64,000 nucleotides of DNA from Perna viridis (Eukaryota): contig CM074513.1 of assembly GCA_037379345.1 (NCBI GenBank), positions 32,112,885-32,176,884 of the forward strand, read 5' to 3'. The position numbers were made by a program, and so were the translations under genes. The notes under the pieces were generated by a model. The model had not been told where the DNA came from and did no database searches. It worked only from the letters and a program-made list of their open reading frames with translations. Below are positions 52,901 through 64,000 of this stretch, one piece after another. Each line of letters begins with the position of its first letter. Position 1 is the stretch's first letter.

Positions 52901-55900
52901 GTCAACAGAGGTCAAGTATAACTCAGAAATAGTCTGGCCGATAATTGTTTCTGCATTGTGCCTGTACATGTACTTCACTTTACCGGGTACTTGGTGATTT
53001 CTTGCATTTTATACCAAAAGATATCTTTTTTGTATGTTGTATATCATGTTTGAAAAACTGAACGGCACCAAATGTTATAGGGAAATTTCCTTTTTATTTT
53101 TTCTACATCAAAAATGTCATAAGTTCAAAACATGTGCTCTACATTACTACGATAAAATTCTGATTCACTAGAAAAATGAATGCAGTCATTGAAATACATT
53201 TACTATCTGTCTGTTTGATGTTTAATTAAATGGTCAGATACCATTACAATTCATCTGTATTTTTATAAATTTTTATCAAAATATTCGATATCCCTGTTCG
53301 TGTGAATTCCAATGTGTATTTAAAAATCTGTTTATTTTGACTACACATGCAATTTTGGATTAATTAAATACACAAATCAAGATATAAAGTGTCAATAAAA
53401 TAATTTCAAAAACCACACTAATCGTTGTAAAAACACACTTCAGTCATTGTTTTAATAAAGCAATCAGTTTTCCGACTAATTAGTTGACTTCAAAACATCA
53501 GGGGTAAGGGGAGTTTTGCTGGGATTTTGTAATTAGAGTTATCCGAGATTTTTTCGCTGTATATCACACCATTAATTTTAATCAGATTATACTGTCAGGG
53601 CAATATAAAATGTGCTGATATCATAAAATATACTAGTACATCAGGTAAGACACAGATTAGACTCACAAAGAGAGCACTCACTTCCAAGGAACTTAATCAT
53701 ATTACACCCTTAAGTTGAATAGGTCACCTTTGCAGTGACCTGACCTTAATTAATTTTATTTATGCATATCTCCATATGCCTATGAACCTCCTCATAAAAT
53801 TTAATAAAAAATAATTGCATAGTTTAGAAATTGTGCTTACATGGTTTCAACATGTAAAGCTCTGCAGTTTAGTTATCTCCCTTGACAGACATTTCCCTTA
53901 GTGTACATCTGCATGTGATGCATAACCTTCCTATTCAATTCATCAAAACCCATAATGAAGCTTTAGATGAGTTGGCCTTACAAAATATATGGACAGACAA
54001 ACAAACAGTTGGGTGGTTTTACTAACAGACAGTGAGATGCCTACATGCTCCCTAGGGTATTAATTAGTTGTAAGTATAAAATTAATACCAATTTGAATGT
54101 ATCACATGACAAATGTTATAATCACTTAATCTAACACAAAATAGAAAATCTTGAAATTATATTTTAATAAAACTAGAAAATTCCTACCATTCTGATCACT
54201 GCCTTGGTCTTCAGAGGTGTCATGTGCAGGTGATTTGATAAGTTTCTCTCCAGGTAACACTTCATCTTAAAGTTACAAGAAAATTGTAAACATAAATATC
54301 ATCTCAGGCTATCTTCATGAAATTTCAAAATCAACACCTAAGGTTGTTGGTTACATTATGAAAGAAAAATACATTATACTTGTTGTGAAAGCAACAATTG
54401 GAGTAAAAGAAGAATGAATAAATAACCACTAAACAGATTCTACAAAAAGCTGTGGCTACTGTACTTTGTTCTAACACTAGTCTTGCTAAACCTTGTGCAT
54501 TGTCTTACGAAGAAATTTGTGTTTTTAATATCTTTATTTACATTTCACTACAATTTCCATTTAGCAGATGTTATTTCATTGTCAATTTGAAAATATGTTC
54601 ATTGATGATATGATTTAAGGCTTTGCCTATGAGGTACATATCTATTTGTACTTTTTATGGGTAATGTCTAGATCAATGGGAATGTGCAAGACTTGCTATG
54701 ACATACTCAGAATTTTTGCGTCAAAAATTGAAACAATCTCTTTTTCTAGCTACATACGCCACCCACAGTGACTTACAAGATAGGACAACCTGATACATCA
54801 TAGTGACTTACGAGAAAGGACAACCTGATACAACATGGTGACTTATGAGATAAGACAAGTTGATACACTATGCTGACTAACAAGATAAGACAAGCTGATA
54901 CACCATGGTGACTAGGGAGCACATACTTACAAGATAAGACAACCTGACACACCATGGTGACAAGGGAATACATACTTAACAAGATAAGACAACCTAACAC
55001 ACCATGGTGACTAGGGAACACATATTGACAAGAAAACACAACCTGGCAAACCATGGTGACAAGGGAACACATACTTATAAGATAAGACAACTTGACACAC
55101 CATGGTGACTAGGGAACACATACCTACAAGATAAGACAACTTGACACACCATGGTGACTAGGGAACACATACTTATAAAAAAAACAACCTGACACACCTT
55201 GGAGACTTGGAAACACATACTTATAAGATAAGACAACCTTATACAACATGGTGACTAGGGAACACATACTTACGAGATAAGACAACCTTATACAACATGG
55301 TGACTAGGGATCACATACTTACAAGATAAGACAACCTGATACACCTTGGAGACTTGCGAACACATACTTACAAGATAAGAGAACCTTATACAACACGGTG
55401 ACTAGGGAACACATACTTACAAGATAAGACAACCTGATACACCATGGAGACTAAAGAACACAACCATGACACTTGTTTTTCTACTTGTTGTGACAGCTGA
55501 TGGTTTTGAAGGACTAGAGATACACATTGTAAACAGGAACTCAGCTGTTCTGATGTGGGTAACTGGTTATGGTGCAACATCCAGTCTATCACCTATAAAG
55601 ACCAAATTACAGTATTCCATGATATCAAACTATATCTTATTATCAAAATTGAATTTTGGTTGATACATTCTGTCAATAATCTATTGAAATACATGTATAT
55701 TATTTTACTCCAATAATCAGATCATGTAACATACTGTTAATATTTCTTTTCCCTTAATATGTATTGTAACTTAACTAACACCCATCCTATTAAGAATATT
55801 AGAAAAGTTGTAAAAACAGGTCATATCACCTATTAAGGTGTTAAATAAGCAATTTAGAACTGTTTAGGCATGGTTGTTTATGTAACTATAAATGGTAGTT

Positions 55901-58900
55901 ACAGGAGTAAATACAATGTGTCAGAATAATTAACAAACATTGGATTAAATATAACTAACTGATTAAACGGTTAGGCACAAGTTTTCTTCCTTTGTCATAC
56001 TTTCAAACAGGTGTAGAATATTTGATTATGCAGACGATGCATAACTGTTTATGATATTTTATTAACCTTATATTATGTACAATTCTTTTCTTTTATGGTA
56101 GCTACACTTTTTTGCAATGAAGTCCTATTTGTTATATTTATGATGTAAAAATTTTGCTATATTTCCAGCTGACTGCTGATAAGCAACTAAAAGTCATGGA
56201 TGTTTTCCTACAGATTAATGGAATATATGTGCAGATTGATATACGTTAGGAGAAAGATGATAATTTCTTACCTCAGCTGATAGAACACAGAATCTACAAA
56301 TATCACAGACAGAATCTGATGGCAAGTCTGGTTGCCATGGGAATGTTGATAAAGCTTGTAAGTATACTGTTAATGATGTAGTCAATGAAAAAATCATGTC
56401 AATCCAGGAGGAGTCTGTCAACACATCTTCCAATCTCTCCTCATAGCGAGATTGTTTTATCAATGATTTTTCAAACGTCAATATTTGGTGAGGAATCGGT
56501 AAAAGATTTACAATATTGTTAAAATGTCTATTTAATGTCAGTTGTGCAGCTTGGAATAAGGAATCAAACTCTGGTTCTTGTAGCACACGGTTTCCCTCGT
56601 TGTCAAGAACTACAACGGTCTCATTGTCTTTCATCATTGTGTGGTAGGCTCCTAAGTACAGACATTCTCTTAGAATACTTAAATTGAATTCCTGAAAATT
56701 GAAATAATGTTAGAAGTCCACAAGTATAATCCATTTTTCCATACCATTTATAATGTGTTACATTATTTTGCAAATTTCATGGGAGAAATACATAAGCACC
56801 AATACCAAAGTTAACAAAGACATTAATTTTTGTAAAACTTTTGAACTATTTTTTTCACAATACATTTTCATGATACTGTTTCTTTAAGGTTACGTGTACA
56901 TGATCTTAATATTCACACAATGCATTTTTAATCATTCTACTACACAAATTTATTTGATTATCATGATTATGAAACAAATTTGTGAGAAAAATTACATTTT
57001 TAAAAGTCACTATTTGTTGTGAATTATTCAAATAAAACTGTTTTATCATAATCTTATTACTAACCTGCTGTGAATACATACATGTATTACCAATGAATTT
57101 ATTTTAAAACAAAATAATTATAAATTCTTATTAACATCTTGCATACTCATACAATGCAGTAAAAACAAATGTGGGAAAATGCAAATCATTCAACAACCAA
57201 ATGCCACAACTGTCACCAACCTTTTACAACCCTATCAACTTATCAACTTTAAGGTACCTTAGTCATGGTTATAGAAAGAACATCAGCATACTGTAGTTGT
57301 TTTAACAATTGAGCACACTCTCTGGTATCACAGTCTAGTTTGTAACACTGTTCCTTTACAACAGACACAAAACACTCCTACAACATAACACATTTTATGT
57401 CATGATAATTCATTGTGTTAATTTAACTGTATTAGTAATAAGACTACTTGGTTCTCTTTGGGCAACATAAGTTATTTTGTGTATTAACTAATTTTTTATT
57501 ATATTTTGACCAAACTTTAGGACAATTTATGCTTGTTCATAAACTGCTTCCCATTTCATGAAGTGCAGAATTACTCCAAAGTTAATGACAACTCTAAAAT
57601 AAATAACAAGATCAAATCTCTTTTAAATGAAGGTAATTCATTTTTTACCAGTAAAAGATGTGTATTACACAATTTGGTAATGAAATCCGAGAAGTCCTTT
57701 TTAAATTCATGAATTTTGCCTGATGTAGGAATTTCAACATAAGTAGTAAGTACATAATAATACCAGTCAAAAATTACACATCAATAGTAAAAGTTTTAAA
57801 ATATTTTAGATTAAGACTAAGACCATTTATTGGATAATCAATAAAATACTGATGTCTTCCACATAAAATGTCTAGGTATTCAATCCTTAAGAACAATACA
57901 TGAAAAAAATAATATCAATACATGAAAAAAAGACCAAGGATAAAATATCTAAACATGGTTATTAAGATACAACCTATCAGATATTAGAAAAAGAGGATTG
58001 AATAAAATTACATTTATGTTTCGTTTCATGAATATTTCTTGATTCATCAATCTATTGAAAATAGATGAGGACTAATCACTCTGGGTTTCACTGTAATTTG
58101 TGTTCATATTTAGGTTTGTAAATAAAGTCTTTCTAAACTGATAATACTTTTTACATAGTAAAAAGAAATGTTTTTCATCTTCAATCTTATATTTAATGGT
58201 AGTCCAATAATGCATAATAGAGCAAAACTTTCTGTTTCTTTATAAACACATATATACAGAATAATGACAGTTTTGAAGTCAAGACAGAAAATATCACAGT
58301 AAACCTAATAGGGTAAAATGTGACGTTCCGTCAACATGTTCAAAACTGGTGTTATTCTGTTTATTGGTGATGTAATCGATTTGAGGTAATGTTGTCATTG
58401 AAAAATACTGATATATTTTAAGTTTCACTGCAGTAAGAACAATGCAAAAAATGACCAAGTTGCATCTCTAATACATCATTTTTACCAACAAGGAAATAAG
58501 TACAGCTACATATCAAAATCAGATAAATATGTAATAAGGGTAGGCGGCACATGATGGTATATGTAATAAGGGTAGGCGGCACAATATGGGTAGGCGGCAC
58601 ATGATGGTATATGTAATAAGGGTAGGCGGCACAATATGGGTAGGCGGCACATGATGGTATATGAACTGTAATAAGGGCAGGTGACACATGATGGTATATG
58701 TAATAATGGTAGGCGGCACATGATGGCATATGTAATACAGGTAGGCGGCACATGATGGTATATAAACTGTTATAAGAGTAGGCAGCACATGATGGTATAT
58801 GAACTGTAATAAGGGTAGGCAGCACAAGATGGTATATAAACTGTAATAAGGGCAGGCAGCACATGATGGTATATATAATAAGGGTAGGTGGCACATGATG

Positions 58901-61900
58901 GTATATGTAATAAAGGAAGGTGGCACATGATGGTATATGTAATAAGGGTAGGCAGCACATGATGGTATATGTAATAAGGGCGGGCAGCACATGATGGTAT
59001 TTGTAATAAGGGCAGGCGGCACACGATGGTATATGTAATAAGGGCAGGCGGCACACTATGGTATATGTAATAAGGGCAGGCGGCACATGATGGTATATGT
59101 AATAACGGTAGGCGGCACATGATGGCATATGTAATACAGGTAGGCAGCACATGATGGTATATGAACTGTAATAAGGGTAGGCAGCACAAGATGGTATATA
59201 AACTGTAATAAGGGCAGGCGGCACATGATGGTATATATAATAATGGTAGGTGGCACATGATGGTATATGTAATAAAGGAAGGTGGCACATGATGGTATAT
59301 GTAATAAGGGTAGGCAGCACATGATGGTATATGTAATAAGGACAGGTGGCACATGATGGTATATGTAATAACGGTAGGCGGCACATGATGGCATATGTAA
59401 TACAGGTAGGCAGCACATGATGGTATATACTCTGTAATAAGGGTAGGCGGCACATGATGGTATATAAACTGTAATAAGGGTAGGCGGCACATGATGGTAT
59501 ATGAACTGTAATCAAATTTGCTTGCATAAAATGTTCACATAAACGGAGTAAAATAATGGCTTAAATAGATCAGATATGCCACTTACTATTCTTAAATAAC
59601 ACATTGAATTTGTAGTTTCTTTGGGTTATCTCCCATTTAAACAATGTTCTCTGGTGCTTTCTTTGTAAAAAATATCATAAAAAGGCAGGAAGATATTAGT
59701 ATGTTTTTCTCTCTATAACGTAACATTTTGCAAAGAATATGCACAAATTATTGATCTAACATAAGTTATCTCCCCTATTCATACTGCCTTTCGGAGTAAA
59801 TGATATCTAAAAAGGAAAGGTGCCAAAATCAGATTAATTCACAATTCTGAAAAGAAATGATCAAAATAAATACATAAACACACAATGATAATTTCTATCA
59901 TGAGATACACTATCTTGAATTTTATATATTGAATGGTACTTTAAAAGCGTTTGATTTACCTTATCAAGTTGTATATCTGTAACGTTAGAAGACAGGGATA
60001 ATGGGTGTGGCCTCTCTGTGGAGAAACTGACAACATCATCTGGACAAATTTTATGTCGAAATTTCTCTAATAAGGATGACAACCTTGCATGTCTGAAAAG
60101 CAAAATAATAAAATAAGTATACTTCTTATGGTACCACATAGTTCTGAATTTTACTTTATATCCATTATAAAGAACAATATTGATTGATTGTTGGGGTTTA
60201 ACGCCTGAGCAGCAATATTTCAGTTATATCCAGGCGACAAAAAAAAACAATAATTCAAAGTTAACCAGTAAAGATAATGTAAGGATATCTGAAAGAGATT
60301 TTTTCATTTTTGTGAATTATAAAAGAGGGTATATATATTATAATGTTGTGCTTTTTTGTTTTGCTCTCAAGAAGATTCAGTCAAATGTCTATTTTCACAA
60401 GTATAAATGTCTCTGAAAGGATAACAAGGTTCAATGTGTACTAACTTTTAATTCTATAACATTCTTATTCTGAAAGTATCAGTATTTATGGTTATTATCT
60501 CAGTGTTTACTGTATTGAAATACACAGGACTCGAATCAAATACAACAGAAGTAAATTTGTCACACACAGACTAATTATTTAAGATTAAATTAACACATAA
60601 TAAACATACAGAAAAGGACTACCAGTAATCTACCTTTTTGTTAAAGAATGCGTTTCCATGAACCTCAGCAACTTGTCTAAATCTTCTTTTGGTAATTGTT
60701 TTCTTGATTCCTGAAATTATCATTCGAGTATAAAAATCGCATAGAAACTTACAAGTCCAAATCTCCAATGCAGTTTTTATTACATATAGGAACATTAGTC
60801 TCTAGTCAGTGGTGTATCAAGGGCCAAATCAATGTGGAAGCCTTTTATGACACAGAAAAGGGGATGGATTTATTTTGGTCAGGGCCTATTGCAAGCCTTG
60901 GATTCTTGAAATACATTGTAGTTACCCAACTTATAGTAACAGAAGTATGTAATTTAATCTGACAGCCTTACAAACCTCAACATTATCAGCTAACAGTAAC
61001 TCCACTCTCCTACAAACAATGGTATCACAGATCCTAGAAACAGCCAAGTGGTGTGTGTTGAGGAACTTATCTATCAACAATGTAATTAATGCCCCTGTCT
61101 GGGTCAGGTGAATAGCCTCTAAACACTTCAATGTTCTCTTGATGACTGATGGTCTAGTGACATTCTCACATCTAGCATGGATCGCTTGGATAAATAAACT
61201 ACTAGCAGCTGGGTTCCTATGTATTGCACTTCAAGAGAAATATATACAATTATTAAACAGAAATAACTGCAAAACAGTTTTTTCAGTTTTAACTCACTGT
61301 GTTGTGGAAAAATATATATCAAAACTTCAATTCATTTTCTATGCTGCATTATGACAAATGAAAACCATTGCACCCCTTGTGGTATAAAATTAACATTTTG
61401 ATATCATACCTTACGAAGTCCAGTACAGGTGATTCCTGGACCAACTCTATCAAATCTCCAACATGGTTTATCACCAACCAAGTCAACTGTTCAGCATCAT
61501 TCAAATTCTCACACTGAAATGGAGTGTAACAATAGAGCCAAACATAAAATATAGAAGTTAAAAATAGGGCATATAATATGGCATTAAATGATACCCAGTC
61601 ATAACAAATTTGGGGGTGGCAGTGAAAAAAACTTGAAATGGCCATAACTTTTGTGTAAATGATCTGATCAAACAGAAATTCAAACTCAACATGTATTTTA
61701 AGATAATCGAAAACTACATAAAATTTGAAAAAGATCTTTTTATTTTTTTAGTTATCATCGGGACAGACAGACTGACAGAAGGACACACAACTTTTCAGAG
61801 GGTATCACATAATACCTCGCCACCTTACAAAAAAAACAAATTGTGCAATATTTCCATATATATTTTAAACATAATTTGGGTACTATTAAAATTCATGGAT

Positions 61901-63385
61901 CATTTTAGCAGCACTCAAAATAACCTCAGACTTTATCATAACTTGTTCAGAAAAGTGAACTTATACGCAGAAAAAAGTTCAAGAAATATTTGACAGAAAC
62001 AAATATTTAACATATTTATAATTTAAGTTTTCTTTCAGTCAGCTGATTTTAAATAAAAATCTTAGATGATACATTTTATGATGTTTTTGACTCTGCTTTA
62101 ATTCACATATCATAAAACAAAAATGTATCTATATTGCCTCAATATTACTACTCACCACGTAGTCACAAAACAACACAAGTCCACCTTGCCTCAATATTTC
62201 TAAGTTACAACATTGGGTTAATGGAGCCAGGGGAACTTCTAAATTCAATGACTGGCTGCAATAAAAGATCAAATGCTTATAGTTAATATAAATTATACCA
62301 ACACAACATTCCTGACCTTAATCATATTTAGATAAATCTAATAAAATCATTAAATAAAAACACATTTTTCAAAAAGAAAAACAGAATGATTATAATGATC
62401 TTTTACCCATCTACATTACAATTATATATTTATGAAATCATATCAATATTTGTTGTTTCATACATGTAGAATAATTGAAGTAAGTGTCTCGTGTCTATAG
62501 AGTCTACAGCAGTAACAGCATTCAATCACATTCAAATTCCTAACATTCATTTAACCAGTGTAAAAACATGAAAGAATTTCACTTCTCAGTCTGATTCGTT
62601 ATTATAACTGATAGAAAGATAACTAAAATGTTGATACAGATATCCTTGATCCATTACCTCATTCCAGGTTTCAGGTATCTCTTTGGAGTCTGCATAATAT
62701 CAGACCACAAAGACTGGTCATCAAAGTTCAATAATATCAGAATGTTACACCACTGTAAGGTCAATGTCGGTGAGGTCATGGAAAAGGACAAGAAATACTG
62801 ATTCAGTTGTTTAATGCTGTATAAACAATTTGGTGATTCCTGACTGGATATCTGCATAGAACATGTAGCAACCCTTCTAAACATACCTAAAAACAGAAGA
62901 TAAATGACCATCACTTACCCACAATGGAACTTATAAAATAAACCACAGAAAAAATAGTTGCCTACACGAACTTCTTTGTATCAAGACTTGATTGCAATTT
63001 TGACCTTAAAAAGTATGGTCAAATCATTTCTGTATTATTTGTACACATTCATTTTTCATGTTTGAAGTGTTGAGATAGACAATGAATATAAGTAGTATCG
63101 GTATGGAATACATTAAGATAAAATAATAATCAGACAGCTACACCAACCAAAATAAAAATCATGACAATTGATACTTTTCTGATTATGAAGTAATAAAATT
63201 CCATAATGCCTATAAATTTTGTCCAATGAGAAATATCAGTGAATGTACCTGACTGGAACATATGTGTGATATACTGAAGGAGCTGAGAGAGCTGAACCAA
63301 CAGGAAGTCACAGGACTCCATCCCTGTTATCCCAGCATTCCTGTCAATCATGTCAACACATCTTCCTATAATCTGTAGCAAAAAC
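40931..63385 (-). CDS. HTT: Huntingtin, 3' portion (27 coding exons, about 1390 aa; the gene continues beyond the window end)
   Basis: Exons (minus): 63249-63385, 62658-62886, 62156-62255, 61410-61513, 60976-61228, 60634-60710, 59960-60092, 57258-57377, 56272-56691, 55421-55592, 54188-54265, 52660-52788, 51903-52079, 51549-51652, 51196-51350, 50279-50347, 49590-49704, 49003-49281, 48414-48569, 47625-47812, 47233-47347, 46622-46767, 46314-46381, 44612-44747, 43837-43999, 43366-43526, 40931-41129, all phase-compatible. Diagnostic motifs: [111 protein letters not shown]. Confidence 0.97.
41130..43365 (-). other. U12-type (minor spliceosome) GT-AG intron, last intron of HTT
   Basis: 5' splice site GTATCCTT at 43365-43358; branch point TTCCTTAAT (41148-41140) about 10 nt upstream of the AG; no classical polypyrimidine tract. 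Confidence 0.9.
41900..42213. repeat. Minisatellite, 52-bp unit, about 6 copies, inside the U12 intron
   Basis: aaaagacatgtggaccaataaaccaaccattatatatcgtactgtgtaaacc repeats starting at 41951, 42003, 42055 and onward. Confidence 0.95.
45855..46250 (-). mobile_element. About 390-bp TIR element, copy 3 of 3 (inverted)
   Basis: Reverse complement of the 9673/11912 family; ends attttgcatgattcttagctggagtgctac-TTAA. Confidence 0.6.
48617..48822. mobile_element. Tc1/mariner-type MITE (TA target duplication)
   Basis: TA-ctgtgaaagtact...agtactttcacag-TA, perfect 13-bp TIR. Confidence 0.8.
49403..49645 (-). repeat. Tandem array (59-60 bp x4) of an HTT exon 3' end plus donor site
   Basis: The unit encodes [18 protein letters not shown] followed by gta; donors at 49589, 49530, 49470 and 49410. 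Confidence 0.95.
52070..52416 (-). repeat. Tandem array (34 bp x about 4.5) of an HTT acceptor site, interrupted by a MITE
   Basis: ctacttaaacctgtcataaaaagtaagtatgtga at 52070, 52104, 52138 and 52172, resuming at 52399. Confidence 0.9.
52201..52398. mobile_element. Tc1/mariner-type MITE inserted at a TA within the acceptor repeat
   Basis: TA-ctgtaaaagtattaatttt...aaaattaatacgtttacag-TA. Confidence 0.8.
52833..53560. mobile_element. Truncated pogo-like non-autonomous element
   Basis: Starts cagtcaaaccttgttaagtc with gagttatcc subterminal motifs; the second TIR was not found. Confidence 0.45.
54768..55465 (-). repeat. Tandem array (49-bp unit x about 11 plus shorter ~35-bp units) of an HTT exon 3' end plus GTAAGT donor
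   Basis: cacatacttacaagataagacaacctgatacaccatggtgactagggaa; the last unit is the real exon end ([13 protein letters not shown]|gtaagtatgtg). Confidence 0.95.
58527..59511. repeat. Minisatellite, 32-bp core (38-bp variants), about 30 copies, in an HTT intron
   Basis: tatgtaataagggtaggcggcacatgatggta with gaactg/aaactg insertion variants. Confidence 0.97.
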
Positions 63386-64000
63386 CTAAAAAATATAATA
63401 ATTGAATAATTGATATAATGTTCATTTCCAGATATTTCATGCATTTCAGTATTCGTTCATTTGTACTACTTTATAAATCTTTAACATACTACCTCATTGA
63501 AACAACAACTTAGAGTCACACAGAGTAAACACAATAGTCGGAATATGAATCAATCAATTTCTCATTCTATTACATATCCTGACCTTCTACGCCAAACAGA
63601 GGAGCATCAACTAACAAATCTAAAGTCTCTGGGACAACTCAATGGGAATTAAGTCCACATTTTACTACACACTAAGTATTGTGCACTATGGGTTGAAAAA
63701 GTCAAAACATTTCACTGGTGAAGTTCAAAACTTTGGGAATTTTCCAATTATGGTAAAAACAAGTTTAACCAAACAAATATCTGATTAAATTGTGCTAAAT
63801 AAAGAAAACACAGAAAAACTTTTTTTTCATTTTTGCTATACATTACATGTATAGTTTTGCTATACATTACATGTATAGTTTTACTTCAATGTAACTTTTA
63901 CTATGCATAATAATAATGTATTGTATGCCATATGTTCCTATATCACTGCAAGCTCTATATGCAATGAAGTGAAAATATTATCTTGTAGGAATCTTATACC

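Noticed and set aside
54773-55090. 105-aa hydrophobic Cys-rich ORF
   Set aside because: Translation of the 49-bp donor-site repeat array, not an independent gene.
58418-59527. 369-aa and overlapping Cys/His/Tyr-rich ORFs; superficially CRISPR-like periodicity
   Set aside because: These are products of a stop-poor 32-bp minisatellite, open in several frames. There are no unique spacers and no cas genes, and the region is a eukaryotic intron.
5342-63385. CLINT1-HTT proximity as a functional trafficking cluster
   Set aside because: Both act in vesicle traffic, but adjacency alone is not evidence without conserved synteny data.

Overview
AT-rich, intron-rich animal DNA, most likely a bivalve mollusc (oyster-like); this is inferred from repeat architecture and protein divergence, not from a search. 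I reconstructed four spliced genes by hand, checking GT-AG boundaries and phases. (1) A complete clathrin interactor 1/epsinR gene (CLINT1, minus strand, 5342-27909, 14 core coding exons, about 643 aa), with three candidate in-frame cassette/microexons and a CLEAR/CRE/YY1-type promoter. (2) A 3-exon, 114-aa secreted 10-Cys beta-microseminoprotein (PSP94)-like gene (minus, 31992-32737) that the ORF track largely misses. (3) A divergently transcribed 5-exon, 209-aa secreted ependymin-related/LolA-fold-like gene (plus, 34272-35889). (4) The 3' 27 coding exons of huntingtin (HTT, minus, 40931-63385, continuing past the window end), whose last intron is U12-type. Introns carry TA- and TTAA-flanked MITEs, Helentron/HINE-like elements, hAT, LINE and Penelope-like relics, and minisatellites. 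The most unusual signal is that four separate HTT exon-intron junctions have been tandemly amplified into arrays of duplicated splice sites. There are no prokaryotic features, CRISPR arrays or clear RNA genes.
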